64,000 nucleotides of DNA from an uncultured Candidatus Peribacteria bacterium (GTDB lineage Bacteria > Patescibacteriota > Gracilibacteria > Peribacterales > Peribacteraceae), in the NCBI GenBank assembly GCA_964358505.1, contig CAYHOS010000002.1, forward strand, positions 9,561 through 73,560. Direction: 5' to 3'. Below, piece by piece: positions 8,182 through 16,934 of the stretch; the stretch's first letter is position 1, and every line of letters begins with the position of its first letter. Made by a program: the position numbers and the translations under genes. The notes under the pieces are model-generated. The model saw nothing but the letters and a program-made list of their open reading frames with translations. It ran no database searches and was not told the origin of the DNA.

Positions 8182-8766
8182 TCATGCACCGAACTCCGCG
8201 TCCAGATCCAGACGGCTCTCTTCCGGCATCATCTGCCCCTGGTACTTGCTCCCCGGCTTGCGGTGGTAGGGCGTCTGCGCGGGGCCGGTCATCTGCTCGA
8301 AGGCGATCTGGCACACGCGCATGCCGGGATAGAGGGCGACGGGCATGCGGTTGAGGTTGCTGATCTCCAGCGTGATCGTGCCGGAGAAGCCGGGGTCCAC
8401 GAAGCCCGCCGTGGAGTGCACGATGATGCCCAGCCGCCCCAGGGAACTGCGCCCTTCCACCCGCACCACAAGGTCATCCGGCACGGTGATCTTCTCCCGG
8501 GTGACGCCCAGGATGAATTCCCCCGGCTGCACGATGAACGGCTCCCCATCCCCCACGGTGATGAGGCGCATATTCCCCGTGAACGTCTCGGGATGCTTGG
8601 GGTCCAGCACCGCGAACTTGCTGTGCTCGTAGAGCTTGAACGCGTTGCCCAGGTGGAGATCCATGCTGGAAGCGTGGATGTGCGGGAAGAGCTCGCCCTG
8701 CACCGACTCGATCTTCACCCTGCCGGATTCCAGTGCTTTCTTGATGTCCGAATCGGAGAGAATCAT
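8182..8766 (-). CDS. dcd: dCTP deaminase
   Basis: The C-terminal 194 aa of ORF 8182..9471 read MILSDSDIKKALESG...VEGRSSLGRLGIIVHSTAGFVDPGFSGTITLEISN. ATG confirmed at 8764-8766. Confidence 0.92.
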   Translation of the reverse strand: MILSDSDIKKALESGRVKIESVQGELFPHIHASSMDLHLGNAFKLYEHSKFAVLDPKHPETFTGNMRLITVGDGEPFIVQPGEFILGVTREKITVPDDLVVRVEGRSSLGRLGIIVHSTAGFVDPGFSGTITLEISNLNRMPVALYPGMRVCQIAFEQMTGPAQTPYHRKPGSKYQGQMMPEESRLDLDAEFGA

Positions 8767-8806
8767 AGAGACACAGGGTACCACGTGGTACAATGCGTGT
8801 CCCCTC

Positions 8807-10669
8807 ATGGCCACGTTTCCGAGCGCAGCAACGGCGGAGGATGTTCTCCCTTCCCTTCGAGGTGGTGAGAGGGAGGAGGCGTGGGAGGAGGCGGGGAGGG
8901 AAGATGGCCAGTACCGGGTGCGGGAGCGGATCCGCACGGAATGCCGCGCCGCGCTTGCGGAATGCGCGGCCAACCGTCGCACCGCCATGAGCTGGGAGGA
9001 CGTGCAGGAGTACGAGCGGACGGGGCTGAGGGAAGAGACCCTGGCGTTTACGCAGTCGGAAGAGGAGAAAACGCAGGTGCTCCTCCAGCATAAGGCCGAG
9101 TACGTCCCCCTCTTCATCCGGCAAACGGAGGAAGCGGGCGCCAAGGCCCTGGCCTCCATCGATGAGGCAGTGGAGAAGAAATGGATCACCGCGGAGAGCG
9201 GCAGGCGGTGGGGAGAGCGCCTCAAGAGCGGCGGCGCCGGATGGCTGGAGAGGCGGCACTTCATCGAGAACCAGCTCCCACAGTTCGTGCAGAACTGGAA
9301 AGCGGTCGCGGAGGACTGGAAGAACATGGAGAAGCTGGCGCAGGAGCTGGGGGTGACGGCAAAGGAGTGGGAAAACGTACCGGAGTTGGCAACGCTGAAG
9401 GGGAAGGACTTCACCGAGAAGCACTTCCACCTCCGCCGCGGTGCGCTGGACAGGGCAATCGCGTATCTCAACGCGCTCAGGAAGGATGGGGGGAAGGGGG
9501 TGGAGGGGGAGACGCAGCGGCTCTACAAGATTGCGGAAGCCAAGCTGACGCGCGCGGCGCAGAACGGCTTCCTGGCAAACTGGAAGGTGGGCACCTGGCT
9601 GCGACGCATCTTCCAGAGCGAAGCAAGGCAGGACCTGATCAGGAAGTTCGTCGAGGGTGGGAAGAAGGACGGGACCACGCTGGAAAAGCTCATCGACAAC
9701 TGGGCGAAGGTGAGCATGGAGTACATGGACATCGAGGAGACGCGCAAGGAGAAGGGCACCCCCCGCAGCTTCCACTTCGTGAAGCTGGAGGTGTTCCTGG
9801 GATGGGATTACGAGAAGCGCAGGGCATACGTGCGGGAAGCCAGGAACCGCTTCTCCGACCCCGAACAGGAACGGGAAGGCTTCTTGTACATCCGCCACGC
9901 ATTGGACACGAAGGATTGGGAGGAAGCCGAAATGATGCTGGCCGAAGAGCGGAAACACCTGGAGGAAATGACGCCCGAAGAAGTGCAAAAATTCCACTCA
10001 TTGGAGCAATTCCTGCACACGCACCGGCTGGCCGGATCCCCCTCGAAAGAACAGAACAACCCCTCGGACCGCGAAATCGTCGAGCAGGCGCGGGAGCTCG
10101 TGGGGCCTCTCCCCGTGTCATTGCAGCAACTCTACATCCATTGCATGCAGTACGATTACGGGACGTTCTGGCGGTTGACGAGCATCATCTACAACCGCGT
10201 ATGGCTCCGCCGCCACAAAGGCGTGGATACGAAGCGGGAGATGCAGTGGCTAGAGGAAGCGGAGCTGTTCACGGCTCAGCGGGCCAAAGAGGGGCATGGG
10301 AGGGGATTGGAAGCGAACGATACCCGGGGAACCAACAGCAAATCGAGTTCCATCCGCGACCAGGAACGATTGGTTGCCCCCCAAATACTGGTGATGGGCG
10401 CCGATGAAGGAAGTGCGCGGCTGAACGCGCAGACCATCCATCGGAATACCTGGTGGAGTTACTGGTACTGGACCAACGGCCTCCCCGTGGAGAACGGCGT
10501 GCCGCTTGCCTACGGCAGGCAGGAAGAGATCGTGGACAGCGTCAATCCGCAACTCAAGCGCCTGATGCGGGAAACGGAAAAACGTGGGATCCTCTACACC
10601 CAGAGCGGGGATATCCGGTACAAACCTACGGGTAAGGCAAAGCCTCTCCCTACCCCATCGCTGAATTGA
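8807..10669 (+). CDS. large (621 aa) soluble hypothetical protein, no recognisable domain
   Basis: ORF 8636..10669. ATG 8807 lies just past the divergent dcd start and has TACAAT 12 nt upstream. The protein is charged and Trp/Glu/Lys/Arg-rich, with coding-like composition throughout. Confidence 0.6.
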   Translation: MATFPSAATAEDVLPSLRGGEREEAWEEAGREDGQYRVRERIRTECRAALAECAANRRTAMSWEDVQEYERTGLREETLAFTQSEEEKTQVLLQHKAEYVPLFIRQTEEAGAKALASIDEAVEKKWITAESGRRWGERLKSGGAGWLERRHFIENQLPQFVQNWKAVAEDWKNMEKLAQELGVTAKEWENVPELATLKGKDFTEKHFHLRRGALDRAIAYLNALRKDGGKGVEGETQRLYKIAEAKLTRAAQNGFLANWKVGTWLRRIFQSEARQDLIRKFVEGGKKDGTTLEKLIDNWAKVSMEYMDIEETRKEKGTPRSFHFVKLEVFLGWDYEKRRAYVREARNRFSDPEQEREGFLYIRHALDTKDWEEAEMMLAEERKHLEEMTPEEVQKFHSLEQFLHTHRLAGSPSKEQNNPSDREIVEQARELVGPLPVSLQQLYIHCMQYDYGTFWRLTSIIYNRVWLRRHKGVDTKREMQWLEEAELFTAQRAKEGHGRGLEANDTRGTNSKSSSIRDQERLVAPQILVMGADEGSARLNAQTIHRNTWWSYWYWTNGLPVENGVPLAYGRQEEIVDSVNPQLKRLMRETEKRGILYTQSGDIRYKPTGKAKPLPTPSLN

Positions 10670-10724
10670 GACAGCTTGAGCCGGAGCCGATTCCCCACTA
10701 GAATACGCCCTCTTCCCCCTTTTC

Positions 10725-11309
10725 ATGCGCCGCGGCATCCTCCTCTCCCTCCTCCTGCTGCCCCTCGCCTCCTGCACTGCCCCGCGGGGGACGGCGATAC
10801 AGGACGTGGACCGCGACCACCTGATGCGCAACCCCCTCTACGCCGAGCGCTACTGGGACGACCTCACGGACCGCATGGTGGAGATCGTGCTGGAAGAGAA
10901 GGATACATTGGACGCGCGCGCCATGGCGGCCGTGGACGAGGTGCGCCGGGGAGCGCTGCAGCAAGCCCAGGAAGCATCCCGCCGCAAGCGCGAGGGAATA
11001 TTCGGTTCCTTCGTCTCCATCAAGGAAACCACCCTGGGCATCGCGCTCCTGCGGGGACGCACCGTGTCGCTCTCACCCGATTTCGAAACCTCCCCCGGCC
11101 CCAACCTCCACCTCATCCTCACCACCATGCTCGACCCGCGCGATGGCGAGTTCCCGGACAAGACGAGCGTGGACGCGGGAGGCTTGGAATCGCCCTACGG
11201 CGCGCAGGAGTACGCCCTTTCGGAGAGCGCGACAATGGAAGGTTTGCGCACCGCGGTCATCTACGATACCAAGTTGAAGCGGATGTACGGGTTTGCGCAA
11301 TTACAATAG
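10725..11309 (+). CDS. lipoprotein, possible DM13-like beta-sandwich domain
   Basis: Signal peptide with lipobox LLLLPLASC. The C-terminal segment LSPDFETSPGPNLHLILT resembles a DM13 motif (recognised from memory). Confidence 0.55.
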   Translation: MRRGILLSLLLLPLASCTAPRGTAIQDVDRDHLMRNPLYAERYWDDLTDRMVEIVLEEKDTLDARAMAAVDEVRRGALQQAQEASRRKREGIFGSFVSIKETTLGIALLRGRTVSLSPDFETSPGPNLHLILTTMLDPRDGEFPDKTSVDAGGLESPYGAQEYALSESATMEGLRTAVIYDTKLKRMYGFAQLQ

Positions 11310-11318
11310 GGGGTTCGT

Positions 11319-11942
11319 TCACAGACGCCTCCCTTCCTCCCGCGCCAGCGCGTCCGTGATGGCCTTCTCCACCACGGCCAGGTCCAGCGTCTCCAGAGGA
11401 ACCTTGACGCCGTTGACGAAGAACGTGGGCGTGCCCTGCACTTCCAATTGCCGGCCCTGCTCGAACTCTGCCATCACCGCGTTCTTCTTGATACGGGAGT
11501 CGGTGCAACGCTTGAAGAGAGCGAGGTCCAGGTTGAGGTCCTGCGCCCAGGTGGTGATGTCGGCCGGCGCCACCTTCCGTTCCTCCTGGTCCATCTCCAG
11601 CTGCCGCTCGAAGGCCATGTCCACGAACTCCCAGAACTTCCCCTGGTCCGCCGCGCACTCGGAGGCTTCCGCCAGCGGCAGGGCGAGTTGGTGGATGGTG
11701 AGGAGCGGGAACTGGCGGAACGCGAACTGCACCGTATCCGCGTACTTCTGCTGGAGCGGCTTGAGGATGAGGACGTGCGCCGCGCGGCACGCGGGGCACT
11801 CGAAGTCGCTGTACTCGGTAAGCGTGACCGCTGCGTTGGGGTTCCCCTTGGGCGGCTTACTGGACTCCGCCGAAAGGCCCGTAGAGTCCACGCAGGCAGT
11901 AAGGAGAAGGAAAAGGGATGAGACGATGAGGAATTTTTTCAT
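11319..11942 (-). CDS. DsbA-family thiol:disulfide oxidoreductase lipoprotein
   Basis: Lipobox LLLTAC and a thioredoxin-fold active site, FECPACR. Confidence 0.85.
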   Translation of the reverse strand: MKKFLIVSSLFLLLTACVDSTGLSAESSKPPKGNPNAAVTLTEYSDFECPACRAAHVLILKPLQQKYADTVQFAFRQFPLLTIHQLALPLAEASECAADQGKFWEFVDMAFERQLEMDQEERKVAPADITTWAQDLNLDLALFKRCTDSRIKKNAVMAEFEQGRQLEVQGTPTFFVNGVKVPLETLDLAVVEKAITDALAREEGRRL

Positions 11943-12138
11943 AGGCGGCTATGATGACAGAGCTTGGGCCGGTGATCAATGAAACCATGAACGGAGGATG
12001 CCGAGGAGTCCGAGGATAGTGGAGAAGGATATCATGCTTTCCACTATCTCTTCGTCGGCATCGTCGGATCCTTCGGAATCCTCCCTCGAGAACCAACAGC
12101 TATACACTCCTCCTGAAACGACGCTATACTTCTCCCCC

Positions 12139-13659
12139 ATGTCCCTCTACCGGAAATACCGGCCCCAGACCCTCGCCGACATGGTGGGCCAGGAACACGT
12201 GGTAAGCACGCTGGAGCACGCCATCACGCAGGGGCAGGTTGCCCATGCGTACCTCTTCGCCGGATCCCGTGGCACGGGGAAGACATCCGTCGCGCGCATT
12301 CTCGCAAAGCATCTGCTCACGAAGGGAATGGCAGACGAAGCGCTCCGGCGGCAGACGGAGAACGGCGTCATCGAGGGGACCATCGTGGACCTGGTGGAAA
12401 TCGACGCCGCAAGCAACACCGGCGTGGACAACATCCGTGACTTGATAGAGAAAGTGCAGTTCTCGCCCGTGGTTTCCAGTGCCAAAGTCTACATCATCGA
12501 CGAGGTGCACATGCTCTCCAAGGGGGCGTTCAACGCCCTCCTCAAGACCCTGGAGGAGCCCCCGCCCTATGCGTACTTCATCCTGGCAACGACCGAGCTC
12601 CAGAAGATCCCCTCCACCATACAGTCGCGCTGCCAACGCTTCTCGTTCCACCAGATACGGGAGGAGGACATCATCCGCCGGCTCCAGTACATCGCGGACC
12701 GCGAGGGCATCGTAGCCGACCGCGCCGCCCTGCGCGCCATCGCCCGCCATGCGCAGGGAGGGATGCGGGACGCCATCTCCCTCCTCGACCAACTGCGCTC
12801 CCTGGAGACCGTGACAGTGGAGGAGGTGCAGCGGCGGCTGGGGGAATCCGGCCAGGAACACGTGCTCCCCCTCCTGCAGGCGTTGGAGGATGGGAACCGC
12901 GAGGAGATACTGCGCATCGTGCAGCACTTGGAGGAAGCCGGCATCGCGCTGGAAACATTCGTCCGTCAGCTCCTGGGCGAAGTGCGCACGCGGCTCCATA
13001 CCGCCGTGGAGGCGCGCGGCCCCGTGGAAAGCCAGGTTGGGCTGATGGACACGCTCCTCAGGGCAATCCGCGACATCCGCATCGCCCCCGTGCCGGGGCT
13101 GGTGCTGGAATCCGCACTCCTCCGCCTGTGCGGCGCGCAGGAGGAAGAAGCCCACCCGCCCAAGAAGGAGTTCCACCTCCTCAGGAAGCCCAAGGAAGAA
13201 CAAGCGGAGGGGAAGCCGGCGCCTTCCAGGAAGGAAGCGCGCACGGAAGCAGTGGAAGAAGCCAAGAACCAGGCGCTGCGCGCCGATTCATGGCAGGCCA
13301 AGAACCAGGCACTGGGAAAGGAGAGCCTCATTGAGGCACCGGAAGTGTCGCTTTCCGCCGTGGCAGCCGCCTGGCCGGAGATCGCAGCCCAGGCTTCGCC
13401 CGCCGCACTCAAGATCTCCCTCAAGAACGGGCGCGTGATGGCCGTGGCCGGCAGAACCGTGACCCTCAGCTTCGCCAGCAACTTCCACCGGGAGCGCGTA
13501 GCGCAGAAGGAAGGCCTCCACATGCTGGAGAAGCTCCTCTTCGACCACTTCAAGCGCCCCCTGCGCCTGGAGTGCGTACTGGACGAAGAGAAGGACGTGC
13601 GGCCGATGGCGGACGAAGCGCTTGTGGACCTGGCGGAGGCGGTGAATGAGATCTTCTGA
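12139..13659 (+). CDS. dnaX: DNA polymerase III subunit gamma/tau
   Basis: MSLYRKYRPQTLADMVGQEHV...FAGSRGTGKTS...IIDEVHMLS. ATG 12139 is preceded by TATACT-tctccccc. ORF track start is 11998. Confidence 0.9.
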   Translation: MSLYRKYRPQTLADMVGQEHVVSTLEHAITQGQVAHAYLFAGSRGTGKTSVARILAKHLLTKGMADEALRRQTENGVIEGTIVDLVEIDAASNTGVDNIRDLIEKVQFSPVVSSAKVYIIDEVHMLSKGAFNALLKTLEEPPPYAYFILATTELQKIPSTIQSRCQRFSFHQIREEDIIRRLQYIADREGIVADRAALRAIARHAQGGMRDAISLLDQLRSLETVTVEEVQRRLGESGQEHVLPLLQALEDGNREEILRIVQHLEEAGIALETFVRQLLGEVRTRLHTAVEARGPVESQVGLMDTLLRAIRDIRIAPVPGLVLESALLRLCGAQEEEAHPPKKEFHLLRKPKEEQAEGKPAPSRKEARTEAVEEAKNQALRADSWQAKNQALGKESLIEAPEVSLSAVAAAWPEIAAQASPAALKISLKNGRVMAVAGRTVTLSFASNFHRERVAQKEGLHMLEKLLFDHFKRPLRLECVLDEEKDVRPMADEALVDLAEAVNEIF

Positions 13660-14296
13660 AGAGGATGTCAAAGATGTCGACGAACCACTACCCTCTTTCT
13701 CCCCCGTGACGACCGTTGAACAGAAACATGCGTTGCGGCAGTGCATCTCCATGGAACTCTCCCGTCTCGATGCGCGGCGGAAGGACGAGGAGAGCACTGC
13801 GGTTTGTGGACATATCCTTCCATCGTTTCCACCCGAGAGTGCAGGGATCTGCGCCTACGTCCCCCTTCCCGACGAAGTCGATCTCCGGTCAGCGATGGAG
13901 GAAATCCTCCGCCGCGGGATTCCCCTGTTCCTCCCTCGATTTGACAACCACGAGGTGACGTTCCACCGCGTGGATTCCTTCGAAAGCCTTCAAACCGGCA
14001 CGGGGGGCATCCTCGAGCCGCCTCCGGATGCGCCGCAGCCTGATCCACAGAAGATCACCGTTGTCCTCGTCCCCGGGCGCGCGTTCGACCGTCAAGGGAA
14101 CCGTTTGGGGCGCGGCAAAGCGGGGTACGACCGGTGGATCGCGGAGCATCGGAAGGCGAACCCCTCCACGCGGTTCTGGGGCATCGCCTTTGCGGAACAA
14201 TTGGTTGACCGCGTGCCGGTGGATGGGCATGACGAAAGGATGGATACAGTTGTCACGCCGGAGGGAATGCTGGATGTGGAAGAGTCCGTGCGCTAG
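13646..14296 (+). CDS. 5-formyltetrahydrofolate cyclo-ligase
   Basis: VLVPGRAFDRQGNRLGRGKAGYDR motif. Overlaps the dnaX stop by 14 nt. Confidence 0.8.
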   Translation: MRSSEEDVKDVDEPLPSFSPVTTVEQKHALRQCISMELSRLDARRKDEESTAVCGHILPSFPPESAGICAYVPLPDEVDLRSAMEEILRRGIPLFLPRFDNHEVTFHRVDSFESLQTGTGGILEPPPDAPQPDPQKITVVLVPGRAFDRQGNRLGRGKAGYDRWIAEHRKANPSTRFWGIAFAEQLVDRVPVDGHDERMDTVVTPEGMLDVEESVR

Positions 14297-14323
14297 TCTT
14301 GAAGCCCTTCACCATTCCACCCC

Positions 14324-15589
14324 ATGACCCATTTGCCCGCATTGCAGCAGACGGATCCCGAGATCCACGGCATGATCATCGGGGAAGAGCAGCGGGAATG
14401 GAACACCATCCGCCTCATCCCCTCTGAGAACTACGCATCCGATGCAGTCCTGGAGGCTTCGGGGAGCGTCCTCACGAACAAGTACTCGGAAGGCTACCCG
14501 GGGAAGCGGTACTACGAGGGACAGCAGTTCACGGATGCCATTGAGACGCTGGCTATTGAACGCGCCAAGAAGGCGTTCGGTATGGACCATGCGAACGTCC
14601 AGCCGTACTCCGGCAGCCCGGCGAACATGGCCGTGTACCACGCACTCCTGCAGCACGGGGACACCATCATGGGGCTCACGCTGCCCCATGGCGGCCACCT
14701 GACGCACGGCTGGAAAGTGAACTTCTCGGGGAAGACCTACCATTCGGTTCCCTACGAGCTGGATCCCAAGACGGAAACGCTCAATTACGAAGACCTCTGG
14801 AGGCAGGCGAAGGAAGCGAAGCCGAAACTCATCGTGGCAGGGTATACGGCGTACCCCCGCATCATCGATTTCGCCAAGTTCCGCGCCATCTGCGACGACG
14901 TGGGGGCGTACTTCCACGCCGACATCTCCCACATCACGGGATTGATCCTGGGCGGTGTCCACCCCAGCCCCTTCCCCGCGGCCGACACCGGCATCACCAC
15001 GTCCCACAAGACCCTCCGGGGGCCCCGCGGCGCCCTGATCGTCTGCAAAGCGCAGTACGCGCAGGCCGTGGACAGGGCGATCATGCCGGGCTTGCAGGGG
15101 GGGCCGCATAACCACACCACCGCGGCCATTGCCGTGGCATTCAAGGAAGCGGAGAAGCCGGAATTCAAGGCCTACGCGACGCAGATCGTGAAGAACGCCA
15201 AAGCGCTCGCCGAGCGGTTGAAGAGCCACGGCTTCCGCCTGGTTTCCGGCGGTACGGACAACCACCTCATCCTCTTCGAGACGACGAAGAGCAAGGGCAT
15301 CCCGGGGAAGGAAGCCGCCAAGGCCTTCGACAAGGCGGGGATCGAGACCAACTACAACACGATTCCTTTCGATGACAGTCCGCCGGCCAACCCGGCGGGC
15401 GTCCGCATCGGCACCCCCGCCGTCACGAGCCGCGGCATGAAGGAAGCGGAGATGGCGCAGATCGGTGACTGGATGAACGATGCAGTCGCCAACGCCAAGG
15501 ACGACAAGGTACTCGCGCGGATCAAGGGTGAAGTGACGGAGCTCTGCAAGGGCTTCCCCTGCCCGGGCATCCATCCGAGCGATTGGTAG
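14324..15589 (+). CDS. glyA: serine hydroxymethyltransferase
   Basis: 421 aa with LIPSENYAS, GYPGKRYYEG and TTSHKTLRGPRG (PLP-lysine region). Confidence 0.95.
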   Translation: MTHLPALQQTDPEIHGMIIGEEQREWNTIRLIPSENYASDAVLEASGSVLTNKYSEGYPGKRYYEGQQFTDAIETLAIERAKKAFGMDHANVQPYSGSPANMAVYHALLQHGDTIMGLTLPHGGHLTHGWKVNFSGKTYHSVPYELDPKTETLNYEDLWRQAKEAKPKLIVAGYTAYPRIIDFAKFRAICDDVGAYFHADISHITGLILGGVHPSPFPAADTGITTSHKTLRGPRGALIVCKAQYAQAVDRAIMPGLQGGPHNHTTAAIAVAFKEAEKPEFKAYATQIVKNAKALAERLKSHGFRLVSGGTDNHLILFETTKSKGIPGKEAAKAFDKAGIETNYNTIPFDDSPPANPAGVRIGTPAVTSRGMKEAEMAQIGDWMNDAVANAKDDKVLARIKGEVTELCKGFPCPGIHPSDW

Positions 15590-15617
15590 GGCAGCACGGA
15601 TCCGCTACACTCTCCCC

Positions 15618-16205
15618 ATGCATCATCCTCTCTCCCACTTTACCCTGAGATTCGTCGAAGGACTCCTCTCCACGACGGTCCTTGTGACGCTCCTGGCTCC
15701 CTCCGCGGGCTCGGCGCGCCGCATCGATTCCCTTCCCGGCGCCAGTTCATCGTCGTCCTCCAGCACCAGCGGTGCGGTGAAGACCACGGGGCGGCAGACC
15801 AGCCACCGCGCCGTACTACGCGCGAAGCGGCTGGAGTGGAAGGAACGCGCGGAAGGGAAACGGCCCCTTCCCTCCTCCAGCTCCTCCGCGAAGGCCGGTT
15901 CGTATGTCTACGCGCCGTTCGCGGAAGGGGTGTTGGGCAGGGGGGAGAGCGCGCTCCTGTATTTCTGTAGCAACTGGTCACGCCAGTGCCAGGGCTTGGA
16001 TACGATTCTCGAGGAATGGTCGGAAGCCCGCAAGTTCGTGATCCCCGTGTACCACGTGGAGTACGACACCTCCAGGGAACTCCGCACCACCTACGGCGTG
16101 AAGCATGTCAACACCTACGCGCACGTGGACGGCAAAGGGAAGCTCATCCGCCTCTACCGCAACCCGCCGGAAGCGGCGGTGCGGCACATTGCATACGATG
16201 AGTGA
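15618..16205 (+). CDS. secreted thioredoxin-fold protein with degenerate active site
   Basis: N-terminal hydrophobic segment and Ser-rich linker. The C-terminal Trx-like domain has FCSNWSRQC where WCxxC is expected. TACACT-ctcccc-ATG. Confidence 0.5.
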   Translation: MHHPLSHFTLRFVEGLLSTTVLVTLLAPSAGSARRIDSLPGASSSSSSSTSGAVKTTGRQTSHRAVLRAKRLEWKERAEGKRPLPSSSSSAKAGSYVYAPFAEGVLGRGESALLYFCSNWSRQCQGLDTILEEWSEARKFVIPVYHVEYDTSRELRTTYGVKHVNTYAHVDGKGKLIRLYRNPPEAAVRHIAYDE

Positions 16206-16345
16206 GATGACTGCCGCGTGATGTCCCTACCCCATCACGGATTGCCCTGTATGTCCAAGATGGAAATACAGAGAGACAATCTTTTTGCACAATAGTGTTT
16301 TTTTTGGCTTTTGCATCACCTATTTCATTAGTCCATATTTGTACT

Positions 16346-16912
16346 CATATTGTATTCGAGTCATACCCTGTCGCATACGCCACTCCAGCTAGTTGCTTGA
16401 TCCTGTGTGTTCGATAAGATGACATGATTTCTGCCGATGGCAGGAATCATCCTCACACAAAGGAGAGACAAACACCCACAGTACCCCGGGGTACCTACTC
16501 TCCCGCTCCTTCCCACCACCGTTCCACACACGTAGAGAGGAGGAAAGCCATGGACTAGCTAAACGTTCCTCCCGGCCACAATTCGCTTCACTTGCGCTTT
16601 CTGGGCACAGTGATCGTCTTGGCTTACCGTGGCTTGCCTCCTCTCTGCTCTGCAAAATCGCTTTCCCGTGCCGAGGACGCACGGGAAGTCGTCCCCCTCT
16701 TCCTCCCCTGTGCCTCCTCTGATCCCTCAGGGATCGTATGGCTGGCCGTCCCGGGGACCTCGTTCGGTTGCGAGGCTAATCAAGAACCATCGCAGGGCAG
16801 CAGAAGAAGCTCCTCCTTCACTCCTTCACTCTGTCGTTTCCGAGGCCAAACGAGCCTGCTTAAACACAGAGACAAACAGAGAGAAGACCGAACCTCACCG
16901 TTCGGTCTTCTC
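16346..16912 (+). ncRNA. candidate large structured non-coding RNA, unclassified (paralog 1)
   Basis: 730-nt gap between convergent genes with no credible ORF. Promoter-like TTGCAT-17-CATATT (16311-16339), many strong hairpins, and a 22-position long-range helix 16542-16563/16627-16648. Shares ordered blocks and covarying helices with the minus strand of 47068-47740. Confidence 0.45.
16881..16912. terminator. 13-bp hairpin downstream of convergent transcription units
   Basis: GAGAAGACCGAAC-ctcacc-GTTCGGTCTTCTC. On the minus strand it is followed by the T-rich tctgtttgtctctgtgttt, 22 nt after the stop of the 16935..18302 gene. Confidence 0.6.
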
Positions 16913-16934
16913 TTCATCTACAGAGCCAAACAAC

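Noticed and set aside
8767-9471. N-terminal 235 residues of the 429-aa ORF 8182..9471
   Set aside because: Only the C-terminal 194 aa (from ATG 8766) are dCTP deaminase. The upstream part is Ser/Arg-rich shadow sequence antisense to the real plus-strand gene 8807..10669.
16542-16648. RNase P RNA-like strings (GAGGAGGAAAGCCATGG ... ACAG...GGCTTACCG), reminiscent of the P4 strands
   Set aside because: The two strands are only 63 nt apart and simply form a hairpin. None of the other universally conserved RNase P regions (AGGGUGAAA, GGUAAGAGC and so on) are present, and a diverged second copy exists at 47 kb. tmRNA, SRP and 6S signatures were also not found.
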